Position numbers and translations under genes: made by a program
Source: Minisyncoccota bacterium
Lineage (GTDB): Bacteria > Patescibacteriota > Minisyncoccia > Phycocordibacterales > UBA9973
Direction of reading: 5' to 3'
DNA: 64,000 nt
Assembly (NCBI GenBank): GCA_041663005.1
Contig: JBAZRK010000002.1
Location: 64,740 to 128,739, forward strand
Notes under the pieces: model-generated
What the model saw: only the letters and a program-made list of their open reading frames with translations
Database searches by the model: none
What the model was told of the DNA's origin: nothing
In this document: one piece after another, positions 28,716 to 37,833 of the stretch
Position numbering within the stretch: position 1 is the first letter of the stretch
How the letters are laid out: each line of letters starts with the position of its first letter

Positions 28716-29588
28716 TTACTCCTTGGTCTGCTTGGAGGCTAAGCGGAGAATAATTTCTCGCGCTGCTTGGCGCGAGTCGGTGATTACCACAGAGTTGTTA
28801 TCAGCATAGACATACATCATAACTAGATTGCCCTCGCTGTCAGTAAGGATGCGAGCATTTTTATTTTCGACTATACCGTCTTCGAAATTTTTAGTTAAAA
28901 GATATTTATTTTCTTCGCTTATACTTCTTCCATATAACTGATAGATGTCCGCAAACATTTTCTCCTCCCAGTTTTTGAGAGGGGTGAATATATCTTCAGC
29001 ACTCCTCGCTTTAAGGAGAATGAAAAAGCCATTACTCTGATCCGCCTCTGAAGCTACCGAATTCTTAACCACGCCCAAAAGAAAATTGTCGCTAACGAAA
29101 ACTTCATTATCTCCTGGTATGAAATTGCTCCCGACTAACGCCACGAATTTTCTTAGCCCTACTACCTGCTTGTCTTGTGTCAAATACATCCCTTCAATCC
29201 CGCCGGGCTTAACCGTAGAATTTTTAACTTGATTCACAATACTATGAACCACGTCAATGCTCTTGAGTCCTGCCGTTTCAATAAAAGAGCTTTTGTCGGT
29301 AAATACTAACGGCACGAATTCAGGCCCGAGCTCGATGGCCTGCGGGCCCCTTCTCGCTATGAAGAACGCGAGAATACCTACGCCTAAAACTAGAAGCAGT
29401 ACACTCACGATAATTAACATCTTGTTTTTCCTAGATTCCGGAGATAGATTCTTCTTTTCGTTCTCACGCTGCTCTTCAGCTGTGATTATTTTCTTGACTA
29501 GACCTTCTCGGTCATTCTCAATAACCTCAGCAATGTCGCTAGAATAAGTTTCTACGATTACTTTTTTATTTTTATTGTCCGACTCCAT
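28716..29588 (-). CDS. Single-TM hypothetical protein (probable start ATG 29588, overlaps pnp stop)
   Basis: MESDNK..VETYSSDI, TM helix, extracellular domain. Confidence 0.75.
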   Translation of the reverse strand: MESDNKNKKVIVETYSSDIAEVIENDREGLVKKIITAEEQRENEKKNLSPESRKNKMLIIVSVLLLVLGVGILAFFIARRGPQAIELGPEFVPLVFTDKSSFIETAGLKSIDVVHSIVNQVKNSTVKPGGIEGMYLTQDKQVVGLRKFVALVGSNFIPGDNEVFVSDNFLLGVVKNSVASEADQSNGFFILLKARSAEDIFTPLKNWEEKMFADIYQLYGRSISEENKYLLTKNFEDGIVENKNARILTDSEGNLVMMYVYADNNSVVITDSRQAAREIILRLASKQTKE

Positions 29589-31698
29589 TCTGCTTGAAAA
29601 AGTTTGGGTCTGCTGCTCGGATTGAAAGTCCGATTTTACCTCGCTCAGAATCAATGTTAATAACCTTAACCGGCACAATCATCCCTTCCTTTATTATACT
29701 ACCTACGCGCTCAACGCGGAACGGTGCTATTTCGGATATGTGGACCATCCCGTCAGTGAAATGATTAAGGCGCACGAAAGCTCCGAAATCGGCAATCTTT
29801 ACCACTTCCCCTTTAAGCATCTCTCCCACCTTAAATTCATGAGTCATCTCTTCGATAACGGCCTTCGCCTTGTCGGCTGCACCGGCTTTACCGGTCAAGA
29901 AAATAGTTCCATCGTCTTCAATAGTAATTTCAGCACCGCTTTTTTCCATTATTTCCTTGATAGTCTTTCCGCCGCCACCGATTACCATCCCTATCTTATC
30001 GGGGTTTATTTTAATTATGAGTATTTCCGGTGCATTTGGAGAGATCGTCGCACGTGGCGCAGAAATTTCTTTCTCGATTGTGTCGAGAATAGTAACTCGT
30101 GCAGCTTTCGCTTGAACCATCGCTTCACCTAATATTTTTATCGGCACTCCTTCCACCTTTACGTCTAGCTGGATAGCGGTCACACCTTCGCGAGTACCCG
30201 CAATTTTGAAATCCATATCACCGTGGTGATCTTCTGGCCCTTGGATATCGGTAAGAATTTTATACTTAGAATCATTCTCATACATTAGCCCCATCGCAAT
30301 CCCGGCCACCGGTGCTTTAATAGGCACACCGCCGTCCATAAGCGCGAGAGTCATCGCACAGATAGATGCTTGAGAAGTTGAACCGTTGGAAGCCATAGAC
30401 TCCGACACCACCCGAATCGTGTATGGGAATTTTTCTGCTGAAGGCAGTACCATCGCAAGCGCTTTCTCAGCGAGAGCACCGTGTCCCACTTCTCGACGAT
30501 TAGTAAATCCGGACCTGCCAACTTCGCCCGCAGAGTATGGCGGAAAGTTGTAGTGGTGCATAAATCTTTTTTCTTCGTTTAGTTGTAGTCCGTCCACAGT
30601 ATTGCGCGCATCGGGTCCGCCTAAAGTTAGAACCGAGAGCACGTGAGTGCCTCCGCGATAGAAAATTCCGGAACCATGAAGCTTGCTCGACAGTCCCCCC
30701 GCTTGCGCATACAGTTCGCGCACTTGGTCCATTGCTCTGCCGTCTGCACGTTTGTTGTCTTCGACAGCTTTCTTGTGGAGAATTTCGTTTTCGGTATCGT
30801 CGAAAATATCATCCTCCGTGGCGAAGTCTTCTTGGTCGGGGAATTTTTCTCGGACAAGATTGTTCCAGGTGGTGTGTAGGGCATCTATCTTTTGTTTTCC
30901 TGCGCCCGCGAAAATAGCTTCTTCCATTTTCGGAAGAATTTCCGACTTAAAGAGCGCCAAAGAAGCTTCGCTGATTTTTTCTTTCTCAATGATTCGCTTC
31001 TCTTTGCCAAGCTCAGCTACTATTTTCTTTTGGAAATCTTCGAGTTTGGTTATTTCTTCACTAGCCCGCTTGAGGGCTTCTTCGAGCTCCGCCTCGCCCG
31101 TTTCGCGAGCAGAAGCTTCAATCATATTCACATTGCCACCCTTGCCGCAGACCGTCAGGTCAAACTTATAAATAGCGGCATCGGGCAACCTTAATTCTTG
31201 GGCTGGATTTATTTTCAAAACATCGTCATTATATTTACCTATGCGAACACAACCAACTGGGCCTGCCCAGGGAATTTCAGAAACAGCGAGCGCGAGCGAT
31301 GCCGCGTTGACTGCTAGAATTGTCGGGTCATTCTCGTCCACTGAAAGCACGGTCACAATAACCTGCACCGCGTGGCGCATTGACTGGTCGAAGAGTGGGC
31401 GAAGCGTGCGGTCGATAACTCGGCTCGCAAGTACAGCTGTTTCGGAAGGCTTGCCTTCCCTTCGTACAAAACGCGAACCTAGAATTTTCCCCGCAGCATA
31501 AAATTTCTCCGCATAGTCTACGGTCAAATTAAAAAATCCGAGCCCCTGCTGCTTGTCGCGAGACATACACGCCGTCGCGAGAACTATTGTTTCTCCGTAT
31601 TTTAAAATCACGGAACCTCCGGCTTGTTCCGCCAAGTCGGTAAACATTGCGGTCATTGTCTTACCGCCTATCTCCACGCTATATTCTTTTTTTTGCAT
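29572..31698 (-). CDS. pnp: Polynucleotide phosphorylase (probable start ATG 31698)
   Basis: RREG, RRE.GHG, SNGSTS, DHHGDMDFK, KH and S1 domains. Confidence 0.97.
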   Translation of the reverse strand: MQKKEYSVEIGGKTMTAMFTDLAEQAGGSVILKYGETIVLATACMSRDKQQGLGFFNLTVDYAEKFYAAGKILGSRFVRREGKPSETAVLASRVIDRTLRPLFDQSMRHAVQVIVTVLSVDENDPTILAVNAASLALAVSEIPWAGPVGCVRIGKYNDDVLKINPAQELRLPDAAIYKFDLTVCGKGGNVNMIEASARETGEAELEEALKRASEEITKLEDFQKKIVAELGKEKRIIEKEKISEASLALFKSEILPKMEEAIFAGAGKQKIDALHTTWNNLVREKFPDQEDFATEDDIFDDTENEILHKKAVEDNKRADGRAMDQVRELYAQAGGLSSKLHGSGIFYRGGTHVLSVLTLGGPDARNTVDGLQLNEEKRFMHHYNFPPYSAGEVGRSGFTNRREVGHGALAEKALAMVLPSAEKFPYTIRVVSESMASNGSTSQASICAMTLALMDGGVPIKAPVAGIAMGLMYENDSKYKILTDIQGPEDHHGDMDFKIAGTREGVTAIQLDVKVEGVPIKILGEAMVQAKAARVTILDTIEKEISAPRATISPNAPEILIIKINPDKIGMVIGGGGKTIKEIMEKSGAEITIEDDGTIFLTGKAGAADKAKAVIEEMTHEFKVGEMLKGEVVKIADFGAFVRLNHFTDGMVHISEIAPFRVERVGSIIKEGMIVPVKVINIDSERGKIGLSIRAADPNFFKQNGVGQ

Positions 31699-31867
31699 AG
31701 TCTTGCCCATAAGGGCGAGTTCCCCTCCAGAATAAAGTACTGTTTCACCGTATCTTTCTCCTCGGTGAGACACTATCTCTATCTGAAGGCGAACAAATAA
31801 GTTAACTGATAAACAAAGCCATAACGGCTCAGATAATGGTTATACTAGCACTTTGAGTTCAAAAAGC

Positions 31868-31896
31868 AAAAGCGCGAGAGGGGTCTCTCGCGCTTT
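31868..31896 (-). terminator. Terminator after NYN gene
   Basis: aaagcgcgagag-gggt-ctctcgcgcttt. Confidence 0.7.
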
Positions 31897-31903
31897 CTCC
31901 GAA

Positions 31904-32413
31904 CTATCTTATCCCAATCAAATATTTTTTCGGATCTTCGGACAAATCTACGAAATCATCTACCGCTTCGCGAAGTTTGCCTGACGTTGATTTGCCGAAA
32001 GAAACCACCTCCACCTGCACACCTATAGTCTGTAAATACTCCACTAGTGGAATAAAATCTCCGTCACCAGAAACAATGACCACCGAGTCTAAGCGAGGAG
32101 CCATTTTAATAGCGTCGACAGCAAGACCGACGTCCCAGTCGGCCTTCTTGGCACCGCCAGCAAATATTTGCAGGTCTTTTGTTTTCGTTTCAATTCCAAT
32201 TTTTTCTAGTGCTTCAAAAAAATTCTTCTCATCTCCGGCTTCCGTCGTAATGACATAAGCCACCGCGCGCACGAGTTTCCTCCCAGATACGGCTTCTTTT
32301 AAAACCGCCGCGAAGTTAACTCGCGCTTGATAAAGATTACGCGCTGAATGATAGACGTTCTGCGTATCTATAAAAACTCCAACTCTTTGTTCCTTGTGTT
32401 TTATAACTGTCAT
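31904..32413 (-). CDS. NYN/LabA-domain (PIN-like) protein
   Basis: VFIDTQN, KKADWDV, SGDGDF, S..L.EAVD.F. Confidence 0.9.
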   Translation of the reverse strand: MTVIKHKEQRVGVFIDTQNVYHSARNLYQARVNFAAVLKEAVSGRKLVRAVAYVITTEAGDEKNFFEALEKIGIETKTKDLQIFAGGAKKADWDVGLAVDAIKMAPRLDSVVIVSGDGDFIPLVEYLQTIGVQVEVVSFGKSTSGKLREAVDDFVDLSEDPKKYLIGIR

Positions 32414-32489
32414 TTATGAAAATTATTAAAAATACTAGCTTATTAAAATTATAGCACTAAATTATAAAAGGGCTTTCGCTCTTTTTATG

Positions 32490-32753
32490 TTATGCGAGGT
32501 CCATTTTCTTCACTAGCGCTGCATAGCGAGTTTTGTCCTTGCGTTCGAGATACTTCAAATGAGTTCGTCGGTCCGCCACCATCTTGATGAGGCCTCGGCG
32601 AGAGTGATTATCCTTCTTGTGTTTCTTTAAATGTTTAGCGAGCGCGTCAATCTGCGTAGACAAAACAGCCACCTGCACTTCCGGGGAGCCTGTGTCCTTG
32701 TCGTGAATCTGATTTTTCTTTATAACTGCTTGCTTTTTCTTGGTTGCTAACAT
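32490..32753 (-). CDS. rpsO: 30S ribosomal protein S15 (start ATG 32753)
   Basis: DTGSPEVQVA, HKKDNHSRRGL; promoter TTGCAA-17-TACTAT. Confidence 0.97.
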   Translation of the reverse strand: MLATKKKQAVIKKNQIHDKDTGSPEVQVAVLSTQIDALAKHLKKHKKDNHSRRGLIKMVADRRTHLKYLERKDKTRYAALVKKMDLA

Positions 32754-32796
32754 AAACGCTATAGTAGCATAAAGTAAGGGGTTTTGCAAGCCTGGC

Positions 32797-33513
32797 TTAC
32801 TTTTTACCCTTCTTCTGAGCTTTTACATACTTTAGATACTTGTCGGAAAAAACTGCCACGTGGTAATGCGGAGGATGATGTTCGCGGGTGGCTTCGAGAA
32901 ATCCCGCTTTCTCCATTAGTAAAAGATTCCGCTCTAAGTACTGCCTACTCTTAGCACTTTCTGGAACCTTAAGATCGAGCGCCATACCTGTGGGATGCAC
33001 CGAATTCGGAGAAGCATTTTTGGGTTGCTTGTCGAGTGTACGCAGTAAACTTGTCACCACTAACTTCTCGCCACAAGCATTTAGAAATTGCCTGGAAAAT
33101 CTCTGCAACCAAAGCTTCGTGGCTGGCCGTGCATATGGGAAACTTACCTCCCCGTCTAAAATAAAACTTTCTGCATTTGAAAGGTGCACAAGATAACCCG
33201 CTTTCACATACCGACTGACCATGTATGAGTCGCGCATTTTGTCGAATTTATTGCGCACTGCCTCTTTTACCATTCTTCTGATGGAAGCTCTAGATCCTTT
33301 CAAGCTTGGTTCTCGTGTTTTCGCTTCCGCGTCTTCAGGTAAAATTAAACTCTCTATTGATGCTACCGAGGCCCCCGCTAAACCTGCCCCCATTTTATGT
33401 AAAAATTCTCGACGAGAAATTTCAATATTTTCTTCAAGGTTTGGCTCTTCGGGTGGGGTCGCAGGTGGGACCTTAGGTGCTTTGTTGTTATTGCCAAAAG
33501 GATTTTCTATCAT
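32797..33513 (-). CDS. DUF5715-like Zn peptidase (LAS/DD-peptidase fold) with SRREFL motif (probable start ATG 33513)
   Basis: VTSLLRT, SVHPTGMALD, PHYH metal-ligand pattern. Confidence 0.7.
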   Translation of the reverse strand: MIENPFGNNNKAPKVPPATPPEEPNLEENIEISRREFLHKMGAGLAGASVASIESLILPEDAEAKTREPSLKGSRASIRRMVKEAVRNKFDKMRDSYMVSRYVKAGYLVHLSNAESFILDGEVSFPYARPATKLWLQRFSRQFLNACGEKLVVTSLLRTLDKQPKNASPNSVHPTGMALDLKVPESAKSRQYLERNLLLMEKAGFLEATREHHPPHYHVAVFSDKYLKYVKAQKKGKK

Positions 33514-33538
33514 TATTTGATTATAGTCCTCCTCACAA

Positions 33539-33671
33539 ATAAAAAGAAGAGGCCTCGCAAGAAGTCGTTCTGGGCGAGGCCTTGAACCTCGCGGTTCATT
33601 GATTCTGATTGATTTTTGTTTTAAAGAACAGTGGTCTCCGTTGCCGGGCGGCGTACGCCGCCCGGCAGAGA
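33539..33671 (-). terminator. Stacked 3' hairpins and terminator after STAS gene
   Basis: Perfect 26-bp palindrome 33642-33667; tgaacc-tcgc-ggttca; aggcctcgc..gcgaggcct + U-tract. Confidence 0.75.
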
Positions 33672-34025
33672 TCACAACGCTCGACAGCTCAACACAGCTT
33701 CGTGTTCATTATCGAACGTATGGAAAACTGAATTAAGCCCGGTCTTTTGAAACAGGTCCACTAAGTTGTGGGGTACGCGAAGGAATCGCAAATCACGTCC
33801 TTTGTGGGTAAGCGTGGTGTAGCAATTAACCAGCATTCCCACACCAGCAGGATCGACCACAAGAATTCCCCCAAAATCAAGAATTATGTGGTGGTTCCGC
33901 TGACCAAACACCATCTGCCCGAGGGTACTTATCGCGTCATTGCTCAGAATGATTTTCCCCTCCATGTGGAAAATAATCACGTTGTGGGTTTCGAGATACC
34001 TCTCGTCTGTTGTGATTTTAAACAT
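33672..34025 (-). CDS. STAS-domain anti-sigma-factor antagonist (start ATG 34025)
   Basis: IILDFGGILVVDPAGVGMLV...TGL..VF..F..E.EA; SD GGAGG upstream. Confidence 0.85.
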   Translation of the reverse strand: MFKITTDERYLETHNVIIFHMEGKIILSNDAISTLGQMVFGQRNHHIILDFGGILVVDPAGVGMLVNCYTTLTHKGRDLRFLRVPHNLVDLFQKTGLNSVFHTFDNEHEAVLSCRAL

Positions 34026-34159
34026 TTCCCCTCCCCGTAAGAACGTTAGGGGCAATAAATAAAAGAGCGCCCGCTCTCTTGTTTATTGCCCTGTTTTTGT
34101 GTCTGTGCCCATACTATATTAAAAAACAAAAAAAATAAACTTTTACTAGTGTCGCGAAA

Positions 34160-34192
34160 CCCCGCACTAGAGCAAGCTCAGTACGGGGCAAG
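34160..34192. repeat. Family B (CTTG/CAAG-ended) palindrome upstream of recombinase
   Basis: ccccgcact-agagcaagctc-agtacgggg-caag. Confidence 0.65.
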
Positions 34193-34213
34193 TATTTATG
34201 CTAAAATGTCTTT

Positions 34214-35149
34214 ATGGCCTCTCTCAAACTTCTGAAAACCAGATTCCTGGAATACATAGAAATAGAACGCGGGCGGTCGCTTAAAACCGTAGAAAATTAC
34301 GATCATTACCTAGTGCGTTTTTTGGACTTTATTAAAACTGACAATCCGAGCAATATCACCGCAGACAACGTTCGCGAATTCAGACTATGGCTCAATCGCC
34401 AGCCAGCAGGTAATAAAAAGGCTGGGCAGACTCTTAACAAGAAAACACAAAATTACTACCTCATAGCCATCCGCGCTTTCCTGAAATATTTGGCGAGGCA
34501 AGACATCAAGACCCTCTCCCCTGAGAGGATAGAACTCGCCAAGGTTACCGAGCGCTCACTCGACCTCATTACTCACAGCGAGCTTGCGCGCCTATTGGGC
34601 TCCCCTAGTGGTAACGACCTTAAAGATTTGCGCGACAAAGCAATTCTTGAACTCCTCTTCTCTACCGGTCTCCGTGTTTCCGAACTCTGTTCGCTAACTT
34701 CAGATATCAATTTAGAATCCGACCAGCTTTCTGTCCGCGGTAAGGGTGGCAAAGTTCGCGTTATTTTCATTTCTCCTCTGGCTAAACAAAGCGTCGAGAA
34801 ATATCTAGCCGCCAGGAAAGATATGTCGCCTGCACTTTTTGTGCAAGTAAACCCTGCGTCCGGTGCTGGGAAAAATGCAAAGAAGGAAGCCTTCGACGCC
34901 AAGCCACTTACCAAAAGGTCAGTTGAGAGAATAGTGAAACAACACGCCATCAAGGCCGGCATCTCGAAAAAAGTTACTCCGCACGTAATTCGCCATATGT
35001 TCGCCACCGACCTCTTGGGGAACGGCGCCGACATAAGGTCTGTGCAGATGATGCTCGGGCATTCGAGTATTTCCACCACCCAAATTTATACTCACGTCAC
35101 CGACAAGCACTTGCTTGAGGTTCATAAGAAATTTCACAATAAAAGATAA
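34214..35149 (+). CDS. XerC/D-like tyrosine recombinase
   Basis: TGLRVSE, GKGGK, HVIRH, LGH, TQIY. Confidence 0.9.
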   Translation: MASLKLLKTRFLEYIEIERGRSLKTVENYDHYLVRFLDFIKTDNPSNITADNVREFRLWLNRQPAGNKKAGQTLNKKTQNYYLIAIRAFLKYLARQDIKTLSPERIELAKVTERSLDLITHSELARLLGSPSGNDLKDLRDKAILELLFSTGLRVSELCSLTSDINLESDQLSVRGKGGKVRVIFISPLAKQSVEKYLAARKDMSPALFVQVNPASGAGKNAKKEAFDAKPLTKRSVERIVKQHAIKAGISKKVTPHVIRHMFATDLLGNGADIRSVQMMLGHSSISTTQIYTHVTDKHLLEVHKKFHNKR

Positions 35150-35967
35150 TGAAAATAATAAGCTGGAACGTCAACGGAATACGGGCAGTGCACAAGAAAG
35201 GACTTTTTGTACCTTTTGTGAAAAAATACCAACCTGATATTTTATGCCTGCAGGAAACCAAGGCTGAACAACACCAGAGCCAAGTTGACCTCGACGAATA
35301 TGAAGAATATTGGCATTCTGCGGAACGGAAGGGCTACAGCGGTACAGCAATTTTCACCCGGATAGAGGTTAAACCTCTATCTGTGGTTTTTGGTTTGCCG
35401 AAAAGTATCGAAAAAAAATATAATTTGAAAGATAAATATGGTGACCCGAACACCGAGGGCAGAATAATTTGCGCAGAATTTAAAGATTTCTTTGTAGTGA
35501 CTGTTTACACCCCAAACGCTAAGGATGACCTCTCTCGCCTCCCCCTCCGCCACAAGCATTGGGATCCAGCATTTCTGGAATATATGAAAAGTTTAGAAAA
35601 TCCTTCGGCAAGCTCAGGACGTACCGGAAAACCAGTAATTTTTTGCGGAGATTTAAATGTGGCCCACACGCCGGACGACCTCGCTCGTCCGAAAGAAAAT
35701 GTCGGCAACAAAGGCTTCACTGACGAAGAGCGTGAAGGAATTCAAAATATAATTGATGCAGGCTTCGTAGACACTTTCCGAATATTCACTAAAGGCAACG
35801 GGCACTACTCCTGGTGGAGCCACTTTGCCAACGCTCGCGCACGGAACGTCGGCTGGCGCATCGACTATATTTTCGTCTCACAAAAATTAGCAAAGAAGGT
35901 TAAAAAGGCTGAAATTTTACCTGAAGTCCTAGGCTCAGATCATTGCCCCGTCTCTATAGAGCTATAA
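35149..35967 (+). CDS. xth: Exodeoxyribonuclease III
   Basis: SWNVNG, LQETK, GDLN, GWRIDY, SDHCP. Confidence 0.95.
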   Translation: MKIISWNVNGIRAVHKKGLFVPFVKKYQPDILCLQETKAEQHQSQVDLDEYEEYWHSAERKGYSGTAIFTRIEVKPLSVVFGLPKSIEKKYNLKDKYGDPNTEGRIICAEFKDFFVVTVYTPNAKDDLSRLPLRHKHWDPAFLEYMKSLENPSASSGRTGKPVIFCGDLNVAHTPDDLARPKENVGNKGFTDEEREGIQNIIDAGFVDTFRIFTKGNGHYSWWSHFANARARNVGWRIDYIFVSQKLAKKVKKAEILPEVLGSDHCPVSIEL

Positions 35968-36808
35968 GCTTTGGTTTTACATTCCCGAACCATTTCCGGG
36001 TTAGCGCATCTATGGTCTGAGTTTCGTCGGTGATTAAAATTTTTGCGGTTTTGCCACGAGAAAGCTTTTTTGATATCTCTTCGTGCCTTGTGAGATAATT
36101 TTTTAGTTTTATCGGAACAATTTCATCTTGAGAAATTATTTTCACTTTAGTTCCAACTATTTTCTTTATCTCCTTCTTGTATATAGGATAATGGGTACAA
36201 CCCAAGACTAGCGCATCAATCTTTTTGCCCACAAAGGGCTGTAAATATTTTTTTATAAACGGCAGCGCGCTCGCTTTCTCCCCCGCTTCCGCTAGTGGCA
36301 CGAGCATCGGTGCCGAATTCTGGAATACTTTTGTTTTTTTATTTAACTTTTGAATTTCTTCTGGGAAAGCCCTCGACGCTACCGTGCCCGCCGTCCCAAG
36401 CACACCAACATTTTTAAACTTCGCGGCTTCTTCTGCCGCCGGAATTAAAACTCCAAGAACTTTCCCCGACGCTTTCGGTCGGGGTCCCGACCCCTTACGG
36501 CGTCGGGATTGATTTTTAAAATATTTCTGGAGGGGCTTCAGTGCCCGAGCAGAGGAAGTATTGCAGGCAATTATAACTATCGCGCAATTTTCTTTCTGGA
36601 AAAGATGGTTCACCGCTTCCTTGGTGAATTCGAACACCGCTTGGTGCGAGCGATTACCATAGGGCACCCTCTTGGTATCCCCTAAATACACATAGTCATA
36701 TTGAGGCATTGCTCTCCGTATTGCCTTCGCCACAATAAGCCCGCCCAACCCTGAATCAAAAATTCCTATTTTCTTCCCGTTAGAAATTTTATTATTTTTT
36801 CTTAGCAT
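35954..36808 (-). CDS. murI: Glutamate racemase
   Basis: FDSGLGG, PYG, ACNT, GCTHY. Confidence 0.95.
   Translation of the reverse strand: MLRKNNKISNGKKIGIFDSGLGGLIVAKAIRRAMPQYDYVYLGDTKRVPYGNRSHQAVFEFTKEAVNHLFQKENCAIVIIACNTSSARALKPLQKYFKNQSRRRKGSGPRPKASGKVLGVLIPAAEEAAKFKNVGVLGTAGTVASRAFPEEIQKLNKKTKVFQNSAPMLVPLAEAGEKASALPFIKKYLQPFVGKKIDALVLGCTHYPIYKKEIKKIVGTKVKIISQDEIVPIKLKNYLTRHEEISKKLSRGKTAKILITDETQTIDALTRKWFGNVKPKLIAL
36464..36508. repeat. Family A element in frame inside murI
   Basis: ccccgacgctttcggtcggggtcccgaccccttacggcgtcggga, read as SRRRKGSGPRPKASG. Confidence 0.85.
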
Positions 36809-36853
36809 ATAATATTTTATTCTGAATCTCAGTTAGTATGATTTCTAACGGGA
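36775..36853. mobile_element. 79-bp element with 13-bp TIRs across the murI start
   Basis: tcccgttagaaat (36775-36787) / atttctaacggga (36841-36853); flanks TTCT and TTCA. Confidence 0.7.
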
Positions 36854-36885
36854 TTCATAATTACAATATAGCACACCCACAAAAC

Positions 36886-36904
36886 CCACAAGTCGGACTT
36901 GTGG
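36886..36904. repeat. REP-like palindrome
   Basis: ccacaagtc-g-gacttgtgg. Confidence 0.55.
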
Positions 36905-36907
36905 AAA

Positions 36908-37693
36908 TTATTTGCCAGATGCTTGATCGAGCTTCTTCGCCTCCGCCCAAGCGAGCTCATAAATCTTTTTCATCGCATCAGCAATCTCAGAACTCTCGAT
37001 AATAATCCCGAGCTTTTCTCTCCAAGAAGCAATCATAACTTTATCATCATAGATATTTATTTCTGGTGAAAAAATAAAATTCTCTTTCGGTACTAAAGCC
37101 GTTTCTCGCATTTCCTCTTTATCAAATTTTTTCCGCTCACAACCCTCTTCTGTATTCGGTACAATCGCTCGAATGCTTATGCCCGCGCTTGCCCGTCGCT
37201 CATAGTATTTCGGGAAGTAGCCGGGGAGTCCTCGATGCATATCTCCCACGCTGGCATACGCCCGAATGGGCTCGTTCGAAGTGAGGGTATCTTCATAAAC
37301 TTTCTCCATCCCCTCTTCGCCTTCATAAAACATCACCTTCGGTCGATTGCCAAAATTGTGAATTGCTTTGAGCTGGGGAATTAAAATTGTTTCTGCTTCT
37401 CTTAGTTCCTGGTTTTTCTTTTTTATTTGCCCAACCAGGAGAACTTTTAAATTATCGGGCGACTCCGCCACGTATTCTTGTTTCGGTTCCTTGCCGGAGA
37501 GGGTCACCAGCCCCTTGTCGAAGAGTACGCCTAAGATTTCATACACAGTTGTCCTGTGGATATGCGCCGCCCGAGCTATTTTCGAGGCGGTACCCCGCCC
37601 CAAAGCAAGCGTTGCTAGATACACACTGGCCTCTTTGTCGGAAAAACCCATTGCTCGAAGTACCTGCTTGAGCTCAGTTGATTTCTCACTCAT
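36908..37693 (-). CDS. TrmB-family transcriptional regulator
   Basis: MGFSDKEASVY..L..G.AS.IA....I.R..VY wHTH; FYEG.EG; IYDDKV. Confidence 0.88.
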   Translation of the reverse strand: MSEKSTELKQVLRAMGFSDKEASVYLATLALGRGTASKIARAAHIHRTTVYEILGVLFDKGLVTLSGKEPKQEYVAESPDNLKVLLVGQIKKKNQELREAETILIPQLKAIHNFGNRPKVMFYEGEEGMEKVYEDTLTSNEPIRAYASVGDMHRGLPGYFPKYYERRASAGISIRAIVPNTEEGCERKKFDKEEMRETALVPKENFIFSPEINIYDDKVMIASWREKLGIIIESSEIADAMKKIYELAWAEAKKLDQASGK

Positions 37694-37833
37694 ATTTATA
37701 TTATATATTGAAAATAAATTGTGTCAATATTTTTAGACAAAAATACGTTATTTTTAGAATATATATTATATATACTGCATTATTTGTGACGAAAATTATT
37801 GACAATTTTGCTTTTTATTGTTAAGCTTAGTAT

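Noticed and set aside
34852-34871. ccctgcgtccggtgctggga in the recombinase as another in-frame element
   Set aside because: Short weak stem; cannot be distinguished from chance.
34214-35149. Tyrosine recombinase as a prophage/ICE integrase
   Set aside because: Xer-like size, coupled to xth, no att repeats or phage genes nearby.
3971-36508. Family A/B repeats as CRISPR
   Set aside because: Dispersed single copies, no repeat-spacer array, no cas genes.
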